64,000 nt of DNA. It comes from Eukaryota sp. TZLM1-RC. Its lineage: Eukaryota > Protista > Metamonada: BaSk clade. The notes under the pieces are model-generated. The model was not told where the DNA came from, made no database searches, and saw only the letters and a list, made by a program, of their open reading frames with translations. How positions within the stretch are numbered: the stretch's first letter is position 1; every line of letters starts with the position of its first letter. The stretch is taken from the NCBI GenBank assembly GCA_040285825.1, contig JAUPSS010000004.1:6043784-6107783 (forward strand), given 5' to 3'. Shown here in pieces: positions 35,200-46,902 of this stretch. Position numbers and translations under genes: made by a program.

Positions 35200-35318
35200 G
35201 GATGCGGCCATACTTGGTCTATAGCACCGGATCCGATTCCGAATTCCGAAGTTAAGCGGCCACAGGCCTGGTCAGTAGTTGGGTGGCAGACCACCAGCGA
35301 ACACTGGGTGCTGCATCC
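35200..35318 (+). rRNA. 5S: 5S rRNA
   Basis: array copy, 2 substitutions. Confidence 0.9.
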
Positions 35319-35578
35319 TTTTAACAATATGTTTGTTAAAAAATTGTTTCTCAACAAATTGTCAATTGATCAAGTTTATTCAACTGGGAATTCATTTTTT
35401 AAATATGATCATTGTTTTTAATTGTAATGATAAAAATTAATGAAGAGAATGAAATACAACATCATCCTTTTTAACTAAAATTGTTTTTAAATGGTAATGG
35501 TAGCTACAGTTTCCCAACAACATTTTTGCCAATTTTGTAACTGAAAATGTTTAAATTCTCATCTGATACTTTACAAAT

Positions 35579-35697
35579 GGATGCGGCCATACTTGGTCTA
35601 TAGCACCGGATCCCATTCCGAATTCCGAAGTTAAGCGGCCACAGGCCTGGTCAGTAGTTGGGTGGGAGACCACCAGCGAACACTGGGTGCTGCATCC
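35579..35697 (+). rRNA. 5S: 5S rRNA
   Basis: array copy. Confidence 0.95.
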
Positions 35698-35957
35698 TTT
35701 TAACAATATGTTTGTTAAAAAATTGTTTCTCAACAAATTGTCAATTGATCAAGTTTATTCAACTTGGAATTCATTTTTTAAATATGATCCTTGTTTTTAA
35801 TTGTAATGATAAAAATTAATGAAGAGAATGAAATACAACATCATCCTTTTTAACTAAAATTGTTTTTAAATGGTAATGGTAGCTACAGTTTCCCAACAAC
35901 ATTTTTGCCAATTTTGTAACTAAAAATGTTTAAATTCTCATCTGATACTTTACTAAT

Positions 35958-36076
35958 GGATGCGGCCATACTTGGTCTATAGCACCGGATCCCATTCCGA
36001 ATTCCGAAGTTAAGCGGCTACAGGCCTGGTCAGTAGTTGGGTGGGAGACCACCAGCGTACACTGGGTGCTGCATTC
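35958..36076 (+). rRNA. 5S: 5S rRNA
   Basis: array copy, 3 substitutions. Confidence 0.88.
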
Positions 36077-36336
36077 TTTTAACAATATGTTTGTTAAAAA
36101 ATTGTTTCTCAACAAATTGTCAATTGATCAAGTTTATTCAACTTGGAATTCATTTTTTAAATATGATCATTGTTTTTAATTGCAATGATAAAAATTAATG
36201 AAGAGAATGAAATACAACATCATCCTTTTTAACTAAAATTGTTTTTAAATGGTAATGGTAGCTACAGTTTCCCAACAACATTTTTGCCAATTTTGTAACT
36301 GAAAATGTTTAAATTCTCATCTGATATTTTACAAAT

Positions 36337-36455
36337 GGATGCGGCCATACTTGGTCTATAGCACCGGATCCCATTCCGAATTCCGAAGTTAAGCGGCCAC
36401 AGGCCTGGTCAGTAGTTGGGTGGGAGACCACCAGCGAACACTGGGTGCTGCATCC
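36337..36455 (+). rRNA. 5S: 5S rRNA
   Basis: array copy. Confidence 0.95.
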
Positions 36456-36714
36456 TTTTAACAATAGGTTTGTTAAAAAATTGTTTTTCAACAAATTGTC
36501 AATTGATCAAGTTTATTCAACTGGGAATTCATTTTTAAATACGATCATTGTTTTTAATTGTAATGATAAAAATTAATGAAGAGAATGAAATACAACATCA
36601 TCCTTTTTAACTAAAATTGTTTTTAAATGGTAATGGTAGCTACAGTTTCCCAACAACATTTTTGCCAATTTTGTAACTAAAAATGTTTAAATTCTCATCT
36701 GATACTTTACAAAT

Positions 36715-36833
36715 GGATGCGGCCATACTTGGTCTATAGCACCGGATCCCATTCCGAATTCCGAAGTTAAGCGGCCACAGGCCTGGTCAGTAGTTGGGTG
36801 GGAGACCACCAGCGAACACTGGGTGCTGCATCC
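36715..36833 (+). rRNA. 5S: 5S rRNA
   Basis: array copy. Confidence 0.95.
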
Positions 36834-37092
36834 TTTTAACAATAGGTTTGTTAAAAAATTGTTTTTCAACAAATTGTCAATTGATCAAGTTTATTCAACT
36901 GGGAATTCATTTTTAAATATGATCATTGTTTTTAATTGAAATGATAAAAATTAATGAAGAGAATGAAATACAACATCATCCTTTTTAACTAAAATTGTTT
37001 TTAAATGGTAATGGTAGCTACAGTTTCCCAACAACATTTTTGCCAATTTTGTAACTGAAAATGTTTAAATTCTCATCTGATATTTTACAAAT

Positions 37093-37211
37093 GGATGCGG
37101 CCATACTTGGTCTATAGCACTGGATCCCATTCCGAATTCCGAAGTTAAGCGGCCACAGGCCTGGTCAGTAGTTGGGTGGGAGACCACCAGCGAACACTGG
37201 GTGCTGCATCC
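37093..37211 (+). rRNA. 5S: 5S rRNA
   Basis: array copy (GCACTGG variant). Confidence 0.93.
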
Positions 37212-37471
37212 TTTTAACAATATGTTTGTTAAAAAATTGTTTCTCAACAAATTGTCAATTGATCAAGTTTATTCAACTTGGAATTCATTTTTTAAATATG
37301 ATCATTGTTTTTAATTGCAATGATAAAAATTAATGAAGAGAATGAAATACAACATCATCCTTTTTGACTAAAATTGTTTTTAAATGGTAATGGTAGCTAC
37401 AGTTTCCCAACAACATTTTTGCCAATTTTGTAACTGAAAATGTTTAAATTCTCATCTGATATTTTACAAAT

Positions 37472-37590
37472 GGATGCGGCCATACTTGGTCTATAGCACC
37501 GGATCCCATTCCGAATTCCGAAGTTAAGCGGCCACAGGCCTGGTCAGTAGTTGGGTGGGAGACCACCAGCGAACACTGGGTGCTGCATCC
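37472..37590 (+). rRNA. 5S: 5S rRNA
   Basis: array copy. Confidence 0.95.
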
Positions 37591-37848
37591 TTTTAACAAT
37601 AGGTTTGTTAAAAAATTGTTTTTCAACAAATTGTCAATTGATCAAGTTTATTCAACTGGGAATTCATTTTTAAATACGATCATTGTTTTTAATTGTAATG
37701 ATAAAAATTAATGAAGAGAATGAAATACAACATCATCCTTTTAACTAAAATTGTTTTTAAATGGTAATGGTAGCTACAGTTTCCCAACAACATTTTTGCC
37801 AATTTTGTAACTAAAAATGTTTAAATTCTCATCTGATACTTTACAAAT

Positions 37849-37967
37849 GGATGCGGCCATACTTGGTCTATAGCACCGGATCCCATTCCGAATTCCGAAG
37901 TTAAGCGGCCACAGGCCTGGTCAGTAGTTGGGTGGGAGACCACCAGCGAACACTGGGTGCTGCATCC
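37849..37967 (+). rRNA. 5S: 5S rRNA
   Basis: array copy. Confidence 0.95.
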
Positions 37968-38226
37968 TTTTAACAATAGGTTTGTTAAAAATTGTTTTTC
38001 AACAAATTGTCAATTGATCAAGTTTATTCAACTGGGAATTCATTTTTAAATATGATCATTGTTTTTAATTGAAATGATAAAAATTAATGAAGAGAATGAA
38101 ATACAACATCATCCTTTTTAACTAAAATTGTTTTTAAATGGTAATGGTAGCTACAGTTTCCCAACAACATTTTTTGCCAATTTTGTAACTGAAAATGTTT
38201 AAATTCTCATCTGATATTTTACAAAT

Positions 38227-38345
38227 GGATGCGGCCATACTTGGTCTATAGCACTGGATCCCATTCCGAATTCCGAAGTTAAGCGGCCACAGGCCTGGTC
38301 AGTAGTTGGGTGGGAGACCACCAGCGAACACTGGGTGCTGCATCC
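38227..38345 (+). rRNA. 5S: 5S rRNA
   Basis: array copy (GCACTGG variant). Confidence 0.93.
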
Positions 38346-38606
38346 TTTTAACAATATGTTTGTTAAAAAATTGTTTCTCAACAAATTGTCAATTGATCAA
38401 GTTTATTCAACTTGGAATTCATTTTTTTAAATATGATCATTGTTTTTAATTGCAATGATAAAAATTAATGAAGAGAATGAAATACAACATCATCCTTTTT
38501 GACTAAAATTGTTTTTAAATGGTAATGGTAGCTACAGTTTCCCAACAACATTTTTGCCAATTTTGTAACTGAAAATGTTTAAATTCTCATCTGATATTTT
38601 ACAAAT

Positions 38607-38725
38607 GGATGCGGCCATACTTGGTCTATAGCACCGGATCCCATTCCGAATTCCGAAGTTAAGCGGCCACAGGCCTGGTCAGTAGTTGGGTGGGAGACCA
38701 CCAGCGAACACTGGGTGCTGCATCC
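38607..38725 (+). rRNA. 5S: 5S rRNA
   Basis: last copy; downstream spacer diverged and truncated. Confidence 0.95.
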
Positions 38726-38904
38726 TTTTAACAATATGTTGGCTGAAAAATCCTTTTTCAACAAATTGTCAATTGATCAAGTTTATTCAATTCGGGTTTT
38801 AATTTTTTTAAACGTGATCTTTGTTTTTGTGTTATGACGATTGTCGAAGACATTGAATTTCTGACTCATCCTAATTTTCCTAAATTTGTATTAATGACAT
38901 CTTA

Positions 38905-39620
38905 TCAATCTAGTACAACGTCGATTTCGACAGCTTCTCTCGCATCCCTTCCAAATAGCATTTCTATCAATGTGAGATTGAATTCAAATATGGTAGCCAT
39001 TCCCTTGCTTGTCAAGACGTTCTCGTCAATGACAAAGATGTCATCACTGATCTCCTTGGCATTGACTCTATGCTTCAGTGCAGATGGCACTGCAGCTTTG
39101 TGATTAGCAGTGATACCCAGTTCTGACAGGACCACCAATCCTGTGCAACAACCTGCTATTATTTTGCCTTTCTTATAGTGACGGTTAACAAAGCTTTTTG
39201 CATCATCACAGTCTAGTATGGTGGTGGCATGTCTACCTCCTGGTACAACAATACAGTCAAAGATGTCATCCTCTGCTGTGATAAGATTATAACATCATTA
39301 TTTCAAACCAATGTTATCAAAGCAGTTCTCAGCACGCATTCTTATGTTATGTAGTCCAATTACTTCCGAGTCCTGTAGTCAATGGTTCAAGTAGATCATA
39401 CTTCACAACTGCATTTAATAGTAGTTACTCTTGAGTTAGCTCAATAAACACCACTGTTTTCATACGCTATTCCTGCTCTTCGTAATAAGTCGATTGAACA
39501 CACTGCTTCAACTTCTTCTACACCATCGTACATTAGAACTGCAGCACTTGGTTGTCCTGAGCGAATATCTACAACAAAAGCTCTTTCTGGAGATCCAATT
39601 GGTCTGTTTGCTTGTTCCAT
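38905..39620 (-). CDS. DJ-1/PfpI (YajL-like) protein, 4 exons (introns 39430-39465, 39373-39401, ~39273-39308)
   Basis: Spliced: DGVEEVEAVCSIDLLRRAGI...DCIVVPGG...IIAGCCTG (nucleophile Cys)...NVLTSKGMATIFEFNLTLIEMLFG; mostly missed by the ORF track. Confidence 0.88.
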
Positions 39621-40123
39621 GCCTATTCAGTAAATGCTTTCGTTAAAACATGGCCTAAGAAAAAATATCAGGATATCTCTTTTATGGTGAAACCTTATTG
39701 AATGACCTTTAAAACCTTTTTTTAAAGGAATAATAATAGAAGATATATCACACAAGTTGATTTCTTGAAACAATTCAATAAACCGATTGTGCGTAAAGCA
39801 AAACACTTTTGTAGAACCAATAGATTAATCACCGACTCAAGCATGTTATCATCATTTGTGTTTTTGTAAGTGATGAGTTAAGTGTGCTATTGAATAGAAA
39901 ATTATTTTCTCACAATTGCTCGTGTGGATGTGATTAACTGAGTATTTAGTGGTGAGGATTTCTTCATTGGTTAAGTCAAATCATTCTTTAAATGAAACTC
40001 AAATGGCACGTTGCGTAAGATTATTCCATGTTGTTCTTAATTTAGTCGAATTCTAAACGAAGTTGGTCCAGTTCGTTGTTTGTTAAGGGGATAAGTTCTC
40101 AATTGATGCAAATTAATTACCTT

Positions 40124-40234
40124 TGTTGCATTCCACAGCAGTGACCAAAGGAAAAGCTTTATTAATTAACAGAAAATAAACTTCAACTATTGCCACGTCA
40201 TCGCACGTGATTTGATGTTATCCAAAACCTAACA
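40124..40234. mobile_element. Probable solo LTR related to the Gag element LTR
   Basis: TG...CA ends, flanking 4-bp duplication CCTT (40120-23, 40235-38); shares ACCAAAG, TTTATTAAT, AGAAA and TGCCACGTCATC in the same order as LTR 13529-13669. Confidence 0.65.
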
Positions 40235-41334
40235 CCTTTAATTGAACAAAGACAGGAATTATGTCACAAACAACTAAAGATCCACATCCTCAAACCCTCA
40301 CCCCTTAACATAGACAGAGTTTGTAATTAGAGATTCTCCAAGATGACCAAAAGTTGATATCGAATGAGAAATTAAATTTATCATTCACTCATTTTACTTC
40401 GAAAACACAATTCTATCTTACCAATCACTATGAGTAATAAATCTTCCAGTTCTTTCATGACAATAACGCCAGGGTCTTCAAAGAGTGCCAAAGCAGCCTT
40501 ACCTAAAGATGTCAGCAAATATCAAACAAAGGGATTGATATTGAATTGGGCTTGGGGATTGTGGATAGAAAAGATGGGTGTCACGTGTATAGCAATTTTT
40601 GTATTTTTCCCAGCAAGAAAATATTATTTACACTTAAATTAATTGAATTTTCCTTTAAAGAATTACAGGGTCAATAGACATAATATTTAAAAAAATACAC
40701 TTCTAGATAAAAACAAGAACACCCAAATCTCCTACTGTCAAACCCATAAATGCTCTGATGTAACGAGTACTAACGATGTTGAGGACATAAAGAATTAACC
40801 TTGGTAAAAATGCTTCTAAAAAGTGATCTACTGGATCAGAGTGACACGTAAGTTAAGTGTGGCCTCTGTCATTATTATTCACCTCACTCTTAAAAGTAAT
40901 ACAATGTTCAAAGTTCGAAACATGAGTAAACGAGTGAGATTTTCCACACATTGTCATGTCATAGGCTTATGCCTTTTTGTCAAACAATTCTACATGAACT
41001 TAGTAAATGATTGCTTGGATTGAAATTAAAGCCAATCAATTGGAATCTATATTCTACTCAACAATATATTGTCGATAGACGTGATTCAGGTATTATTATA
41101 CCATATAAACCTACTCAAAAATTACATCATTTTAAACAATTTTAAACTGAAAAATAAAAAACGATAATAGTCTTCAATTCACGACAAAATTGAGTGAAAA
41201 GATGAATGAAATAAAAACTCAACATCCAAATCTGCAACAATAGAAATTTTATGATATTCTGGGGTGGTACGAAAGGAAACTTGAACCGATGGAAGCAACT
41301 TGAACTATTAGTGTTGTTTTAGTGTATTAGAAGC

Positions 41335-41855
41335 CTTTCTCTGAATAATTTTGGTTCTGATGATAGAGGTGATGTATACTGTGATTGGATTGACAATTCT
41401 GAAGCTATTGTTGACTTTGTCTCATGTTGCAAATGATACTTTGGTTCACAGAAGAAAACTTAATCCTGTGGCTGCTCTGGATTTTAAAGCAAAAGAGAAA
41501 CATAGAAAATATGATAAAGATATTGAAGAGGCTAATGTCGATAGAAATACACAGCTGGTTTTTATTGCTTTCCCATTTTCGATAAATGGAAGATTATCAG
41601 ATGAAGCAGAAACTTTTTTGAATGACTTCCAAAAAATGGTGCAAGAAAAAACAATGAAAAGATTTGATATTTTTTTACGGCGTTCACGGATTCAATTTGC
41701 CATTATTAATAGATTACCACGGTTTTTTCAATCGAATAAGAGAAGCTTTAGCTAGACAGCAAGCAGATCAAGATTTTGTAGAGGAAATCTTGGTTCAATG
41801 ATAGACGTCCCATTTGTTATGAGTTAATTTAATTAAGTGTGCAGATTCAATAAAT
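41335..41855 (+). mobile_element. 5'-truncated family B copy (RLE C-terminus)
   Basis: Close match to 16460-16990; possible decayed TSD TATTAGAAGCCT/TATAATAAGCCT; ends ~45 bp before the next ATG. Confidence 0.88.
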
Positions 41856-41900
41856 ATATCTATAATAAGCCTATAATAGTAAACAACTTTTCATAGCATC

Positions 41901-43523
41901 ATGTCACCCATTTCTCCAAAACGTACTGTGTTCGCTGTTGTTGTTCTAAGCTCACTTGTCCTCTCATTCTTTTTTGCAAGTCCTTTTATTACCTTATTCA
42001 GTACCGACTCACCTTCGCAAAATCCGTTAGGAGATGACTACGGCTACAGCGGCACTATCAACGACATCCGTAAACGCCAGTTTCCACAACTGAGTGACAA
42101 TGTGTATTTGGACTACGCCGGTGCCGGAATACCTGCCAAGACTCAGGCACAGCAGCTCTATGACCTTCTTACCACTTCCTCTCTCGGTAACCCACATACT
42201 AGGTCACCGTCCTCACAGCGTTCTACAAAAGGAGTCAACGATGCAAGAAAAGCCGTCATGAAGCACTTTAACCTTAGCCCTGACCAGTATTCTGTCATTT
42301 TTACTTCTGGTACCACCGCTGGTCTCCGCATGATCTCGGAAGGTCTTTCTTTCACATCTGACTCAAACTTTGTCTACACCATAGATAACCATGTGTCAGT
42401 ACTAGGTATGCGAAAAAGTGTTCTTTCCGCTGGTGGTCACTTCAAGGCGCTACATTTTAATGAAGTTTTTGAATATGTTTCCAGCATAAATTCAGAATTA
42501 CAACAATTAAACAAAACCAATGCGATCAATATCTTTGCTTTCCCTGCACAGTCCAACTTTGCCGGCAATCGTTACCCTTTAGATATTATTAATAAAATTT
42601 ACCAAGATTGTGACGAAAAAGGGGTCAGAAGATGGTTAATCACTCTTGACGCCGCATCTATGGTGTCTTGTTGCTGCTTTAACATGTCAAATATAGAATC
42701 ATCACCTGATTTTCTGCCAATATCTTTTTATAAAATGTTTGGCTATCCCACTGGTTTGGGGGCATTAATTGCTAAGAATTCCGCCTTGGATTTAGTTAAT
42801 CCTTCTTATTTTGGCGGTGGTACTGTCACTGCAGTATTACCAGACAGAGATTGGGAGGTTAAAAGAAAATCTCATGCTGCGAGACTGGAATTTGGGACAA
42901 TTTCATTTACAGATATTTCAAGTTTGACTTTTGGCTTGGATTTCATGGAACAGTTGGGAATGGAAAACATTGCCAAACATACAATGAGCTTAACTTATCA
43001 CCTAGCTGAAAATTTGGCCAATTTGACACATTCAAATGGTCAACCATTAGTCTGTCTTTACGGAAACTTTCCTAATTCAACAAAATCAATGCCTGGCTCT
43101 GTGGGTCAAGGACCAATAGTTGCATTCACCCTCAAAAAATCTAATGGAGAAACTATTCCTCACAGTGCCGTACTTAAACACTGCACAAATAATAATATTT
43201 CTATAAGAGCTGGCTGCGTTTGTAATCATGGTTCTTGTTTTTACATGGCCGGGGTCGCGGATGAGGAGGTTTATGCAAGGTTCAAGGCTGGGTGTGAATG
43301 TGACGGCGGTTGTTGTGCTTCAGTTGGAGAGCTTCCAGGCCAAGTCAATCAAAATTTGATTGATAAGTCTTTTGTCAGTCTACGCAGTCAAAATCATTGT
43401 TGGGAAGATTTTTATCCAAGAGGTCAGTTTGCGGGTATTTTACGAGCTTCTATTGGTGCTCCCACAACATTAGAGGATGTCAATGCTTTAGTCGAGGCTT
43501 TAAAATATTTTATCGATAGTTGA
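41901..43523 (+). CDS. Molybdenum cofactor sulfurase-like PLP-dependent cysteine desulfurase (no MOSC domain; N-terminal hydrophobic anchor)
   Basis: VYLDYAG, GNPH, VIFTSG.T, DNH.SVLGMR, FPAQSNF.G, LDAAS, PDF.PISFYKMFGYPTGLGAL, YFGGGTV, IRAGCVCN, RASIG. Confidence 0.88.
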   Translation: MSPISPKRTVFAVVVLSSLVLSFFFASPFITLFSTDSPSQNPLGDDYGYSGTINDIRKRQFPQLSDNVYLDYAGAGIPAKTQAQQLYDLLTTSSLGNPHTRSPSSQRSTKGVNDARKAVMKHFNLSPDQYSVIFTSGTTAGLRMISEGLSFTSDSNFVYTIDNHVSVLGMRKSVLSAGGHFKALHFNEVFEYVSSINSELQQLNKTNAINIFAFPAQSNFAGNRYPLDIINKIYQDCDEKGVRRWLITLDAASMVSCCCFNMSNIESSPDFLPISFYKMFGYPTGLGALIAKNSALDLVNPSYFGGGTVTAVLPDRDWEVKRKSHAARLEFGTISFTDISSLTFGLDFMEQLGMENIAKHTMSLTYHLAENLANLTHSNGQPLVCLYGNFPNSTKSMPGSVGQGPIVAFTLKKSNGETIPHSAVLKHCTNNNISIRAGCVCNHGSCFYMAGVADEEVYARFKAGCECDGGCCASVGELPGQVNQNLIDKSFVSLRSQNHCWEDFYPRGQFAGILRASIGAPTTLEDVNALVEALKYFIDS

Positions 43524-43888
43524 TAGACGTTTTGTTTTTTTTGTTTTGTGCATCTTATAAATTTATTGTAGTATATGTTTTCACTTATCTCAGTAAATTC
43601 TATACTGATGAATTTCCATATCATTTAATCCAAAAATGTGCAGTGAATTCCACAAATACAATGTAATTTTGTTGATTCAAACCATTATTCATCATCAATT
43701 CATGCTTTAGTCACACTTTTCCAATTTTGTTTTTTTGAGAAAATTTCAATTCAATAACATAGAAAATGTGTAACAATAATTACTCAGAAATTGAGTCAAA
43801 AAAGAGATTGGTTTCATGTTCATCAACAAAAATTGAACAAGATGAACTACAGTTTATTGTTAAAAAACTAAAACAAAAAGAAAAAAGT

Positions 43889-44794
43889 TTAAACGCACAA
43901 ATCCCGATCATATAATTCAAAATTATCTGGTACAGTAATTATTTCTGCAGCTTTTTTCAATGCTTTTTTCAAATTTTCCTTCTTCAACACCAAAACCAAC
44001 CTCTCAGTTTTGACATCAAAATCAAATTGACCAGGTTTATCATCTGCAAAGTGATATGGTATGGTGAAAGAATAGCTTGAATGTTGATCAAAGACCTCAT
44101 CCTCGAATTTGGTATAAAAAGGGGTGCAATCAACTTGTGGAACGACTGAACGTTTCTTTTTCTTTTTCTTTCCACCTAATTTGGGAATATCGAGCACTGG
44201 AGTATATTTATATGTTAAATAAATAAAGTATTCAAAATCAAACTCAGCAACCCCATCTTCGACGGCCCATGACAGTTCTTCTTCACAACTCTGCCAGAGG
44301 GGGATGGCGAGTTCGTTTGGAATATTGATCATACGTTCATGGATTAAGAGACCTGTTTTCTCAGAAATTCTCGAGTTTAGTAGTTCATCCAATGTGTCTT
44401 TATACTTTTGAGGACACTTTTTCAGAAGATAAGTGACCAATTGTGACATAAACTCAGTGGAGCGATGTACAGAAACATTGAGACAAGTGAGGAAGGCTAG
44501 AACATCTTCTTCGTCTGATACTCTGATTGTAGATCCAACAAATTCTTGATCTGCTATAGCCATAGCTAATTCTCCTGCAGAAAACGAGTTTTTGTCCAGG
44601 TACCCATTTAAGAACATTCTTATGGTGGATGCATCAACAGGACGAGGCCTAAAGCATTCAAAGGATACCTCAATAGGTCCTGGTTCTTCCGTGTCGGAAT
44701 CATCTTCTTTCTGATCTAGAGAAGGTTCAAGGTTTGAATCACTATCTTCAAGTTCTTCATCAGACTGGGGCCCTGACTGACGCCTCTTGGTCAT
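43889..44794 (-). CDS. BCP1: BCP1/BCCIP family protein
   Basis: Acidic N-terminus, EVSFEC, VGSTIR, AFLTCLN, GLLIHERMINIP.E...PL, Lys-rich loop, Y.KFEDE. Confidence 0.88.
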   Translation of the reverse strand: MTKRRQSGPQSDEELEDSDSNLEPSLDQKEDDSDTEEPGPIEVSFECFRPRPVDASTIRMFLNGYLDKNSFSAGELAMAIADQEFVGSTIRVSDEEDVLAFLTCLNVSVHRSTEFMSQLVTYLLKKCPQKYKDTLDELLNSRISEKTGLLIHERMINIPNELAIPLWQSCEEELSWAVEDGVAEFDFEYFIYLTYKYTPVLDIPKLGGKKKKKKRSVVPQVDCTPFYTKFEDEVFDQHSSYSFTIPYHFADDKPGQFDFDVKTERLVLVLKKENLKKALKKAAEIITVPDNFELYDRDLCV

Positions 44795-45084
44795 TATTGT
44801 AACAAAAAGTGGTGGGGTTGGTTGTGGTTTTGATCAACTACAAAACAAGGTGGTGTTTTGTATTTGTTTTTGTATTACATTGTATTTATACAAAACACAA
44901 ATTACAATGCTATACCCATCATGGGCAAACAGAAACTTTGTTTTAAGAAGCTATTTTCTAATATCGGGTGACAGTGGCAATAAGAAAAAGAATATAAAGG
45001 CTGGGAAATATGAAATTTCACTTGCTCAAACATGAAATAAGAGAATATAAAAGTCAGGGAAAACAATGAAAAAGTAATACTTTT

Positions 45085-46535
45085 AATAAACTTACACAAT
45101 TGACAATAAATCATAACTAATGGGACGAAATTCATGGAACCAAAATTTCCTCTGCAAAATCTGCTTGCTGTCTAGCTAAAGCTTGTCAAGTTCGATTGAA
45201 AAACCGAGGTAATCTGTTTATAATGGCAAATTGAATTCAAGAGCGCCATCAAAAGATATCAATTCTTTTCATTGTTTTTTCTTGAACCATTGTTTTGGAA
45301 ATCATTCAAAAAGGTTTCTGTTTCTGCTAATAGTCTCCCATATATCGAATAGGGGAAAGCAATAAAAACTAGTGCTGTATTTCCACCAGCATTAGCTTCT
45401 TCCATATCTTTGTCATATTTTCTATGTTTTTCTTGGGTCTTAAATTCGAGAGCATCCTCACGATTGAGTTTTCGTCTTTGAACCAAAGTGTCATTTGCAA
45501 CATTACAGGAGACAAAGTCAACATCAGCTTCACAGTTCTCACTTCAATCACAATATTCATTGCCTCTATCATCAGAACCAAAATTATTCAATGACAGTGT
45601 TTCCTTCAGCAGAGGCTCTTTGATACACGAAATTCTTGCAATTCGTGCCACATTAAAACATTGTTTTTAACAGCATCATGTAATGAGAACGATAAGTTAT
45701 CAATTTCGAACAATTCAGAGCATGACGCAAAGTGAGCCGAGGTGAATTCGAACAAATACCTTTTTCTTTTGATAATGATTGATTAATGGGGACATTCAAA
45801 TATAATCTCATTTTTGTTACAAACGCTTCATTGATGTCACACAGTTCAAATGTTTATGTTACAATGGTCACGAACAGTGACGAATCTGATCACAAACACC
45901 TTCTTCCAATAACAAAGGGTGGAGATCTTGATTTAAAAAAGCCAAGCTGCATATATTTTTATAAAGATCATTTTCATACATTCCAGTCAGTCGTTTCTGT
46001 AAAGTTCGAAGAGTCTATTTTAAATTTAAATAATTCTTTTAAGGAAAATTTCCATTGAATTATTGGGGAAAGCATCAACTCCATTTTTCTGCCTCAATTT
46101 TTGAAATTCCTTCATTTAATGCAAAAATAGTAAAGCTTTGCGTTGTCATTAATAAATCTTCCCAATCGGCAAATCTTTTAGAAAACTCAAAAATTGTATT
46201 TCTACATCCACCAATAAAAGCACATGAAGTAAGAATAGAAGCTTTTGTCCAACCTAAACCGCCATAATGTGGACTCAGATAAGCATGATCAGGAATTTGG
46301 AACATTTTACATCTCAGTAATTGTGACAAGACTATTGCACGTAATTCATCAAACTTCTTGGCCAAAGCCCTAGTGATAAGAGGATTTGTAGATTGAAATA
46401 TATGATTAAAGTTGGAACTAAAACACAGTCTTATAATGGTATATTTGATATGTTTTTGTATATCTAAATTCATCATTCGGTCAAGTTTGTCAGAAATTGA
46501 GTTCAATTTTTTCTTAATAAATTCAAATAGGTAAT
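45085..46535 (-). mobile_element. Degenerate family B copy (post-RT thumb region to 3' end)
   Basis: IQKHIKY..IRLC...HIF, YGGLGWTK, AFIGG, then homology to 15907-16990 with stops and frameshifts. Confidence 0.85.
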
Positions 46536-46573
46536 TGTTCTTCAACTTTGTGAGGTGCCAAATTTCTCACATG

Positions 46574-46902
46574 TTAGACTCCAGGGGTTTTGGGTTTGAT
46601 ATCGACTATTCTAGACAACATGTCAGCCCAATGATTCTCCTCGCCTGCGGTGTTGACTACATCAAAATTGAATTCTGACAATATTGGTAGCCATCTCTTC
46701 ACAATTCTGTTCTTTTCAGAAGCTGATATGAAATATACTAAGTTTCTATGATCAGTGAATATAGTTAATTTCCTCGAAAATAAATAATTTTCTAATCTAC
46801 TGTCAGTGAGAATTGGTAAAATTGCATACAACTCTTTCTGAAGTACAGACCAATTCTTTTGTAAAGTTGATAATAATCTGCTAAAGAAGGCAATAGGTAC
46901 TA
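46574..46902 (-). pseudogene. Ty3/gypsy RNase H fragment
   Basis: PIAFFSR...NWS..QKELYAI...IFTDHRNL...RW...LSEFNF.V....GEENHWADMLSR. Confidence 0.85.

Larger units (their letters stand above)
5969..38828 (+). repeat. Tandem 5S rDNA array, ~379-bp unit (119-nt gene + ~260-bp AT-rich spacer), 66 copies
   Basis: Head-to-tail near-identical units counted by eye; interrupted by four retroelement insertions and one internal deletion. Confidence 0.97.

Noticed and set aside
6001-38764. Dozens of ~61-aa ORFs (…KGCSTQCSLVVSHPTTDQACGRL…) on the minus strand and short plus-strand ORFs in the array
   Set aside because: Shadows of the 5S gene; TTG starts, broken by spacer homopolymer changes; not protein genes
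5969-38828. CRISPR-like or satellite interpretation of the regular repeat
   Set aside because: Spacers are near-identical, the conserved part folds as 5S rRNA, there are no cas genes, and the context is eukaryotic
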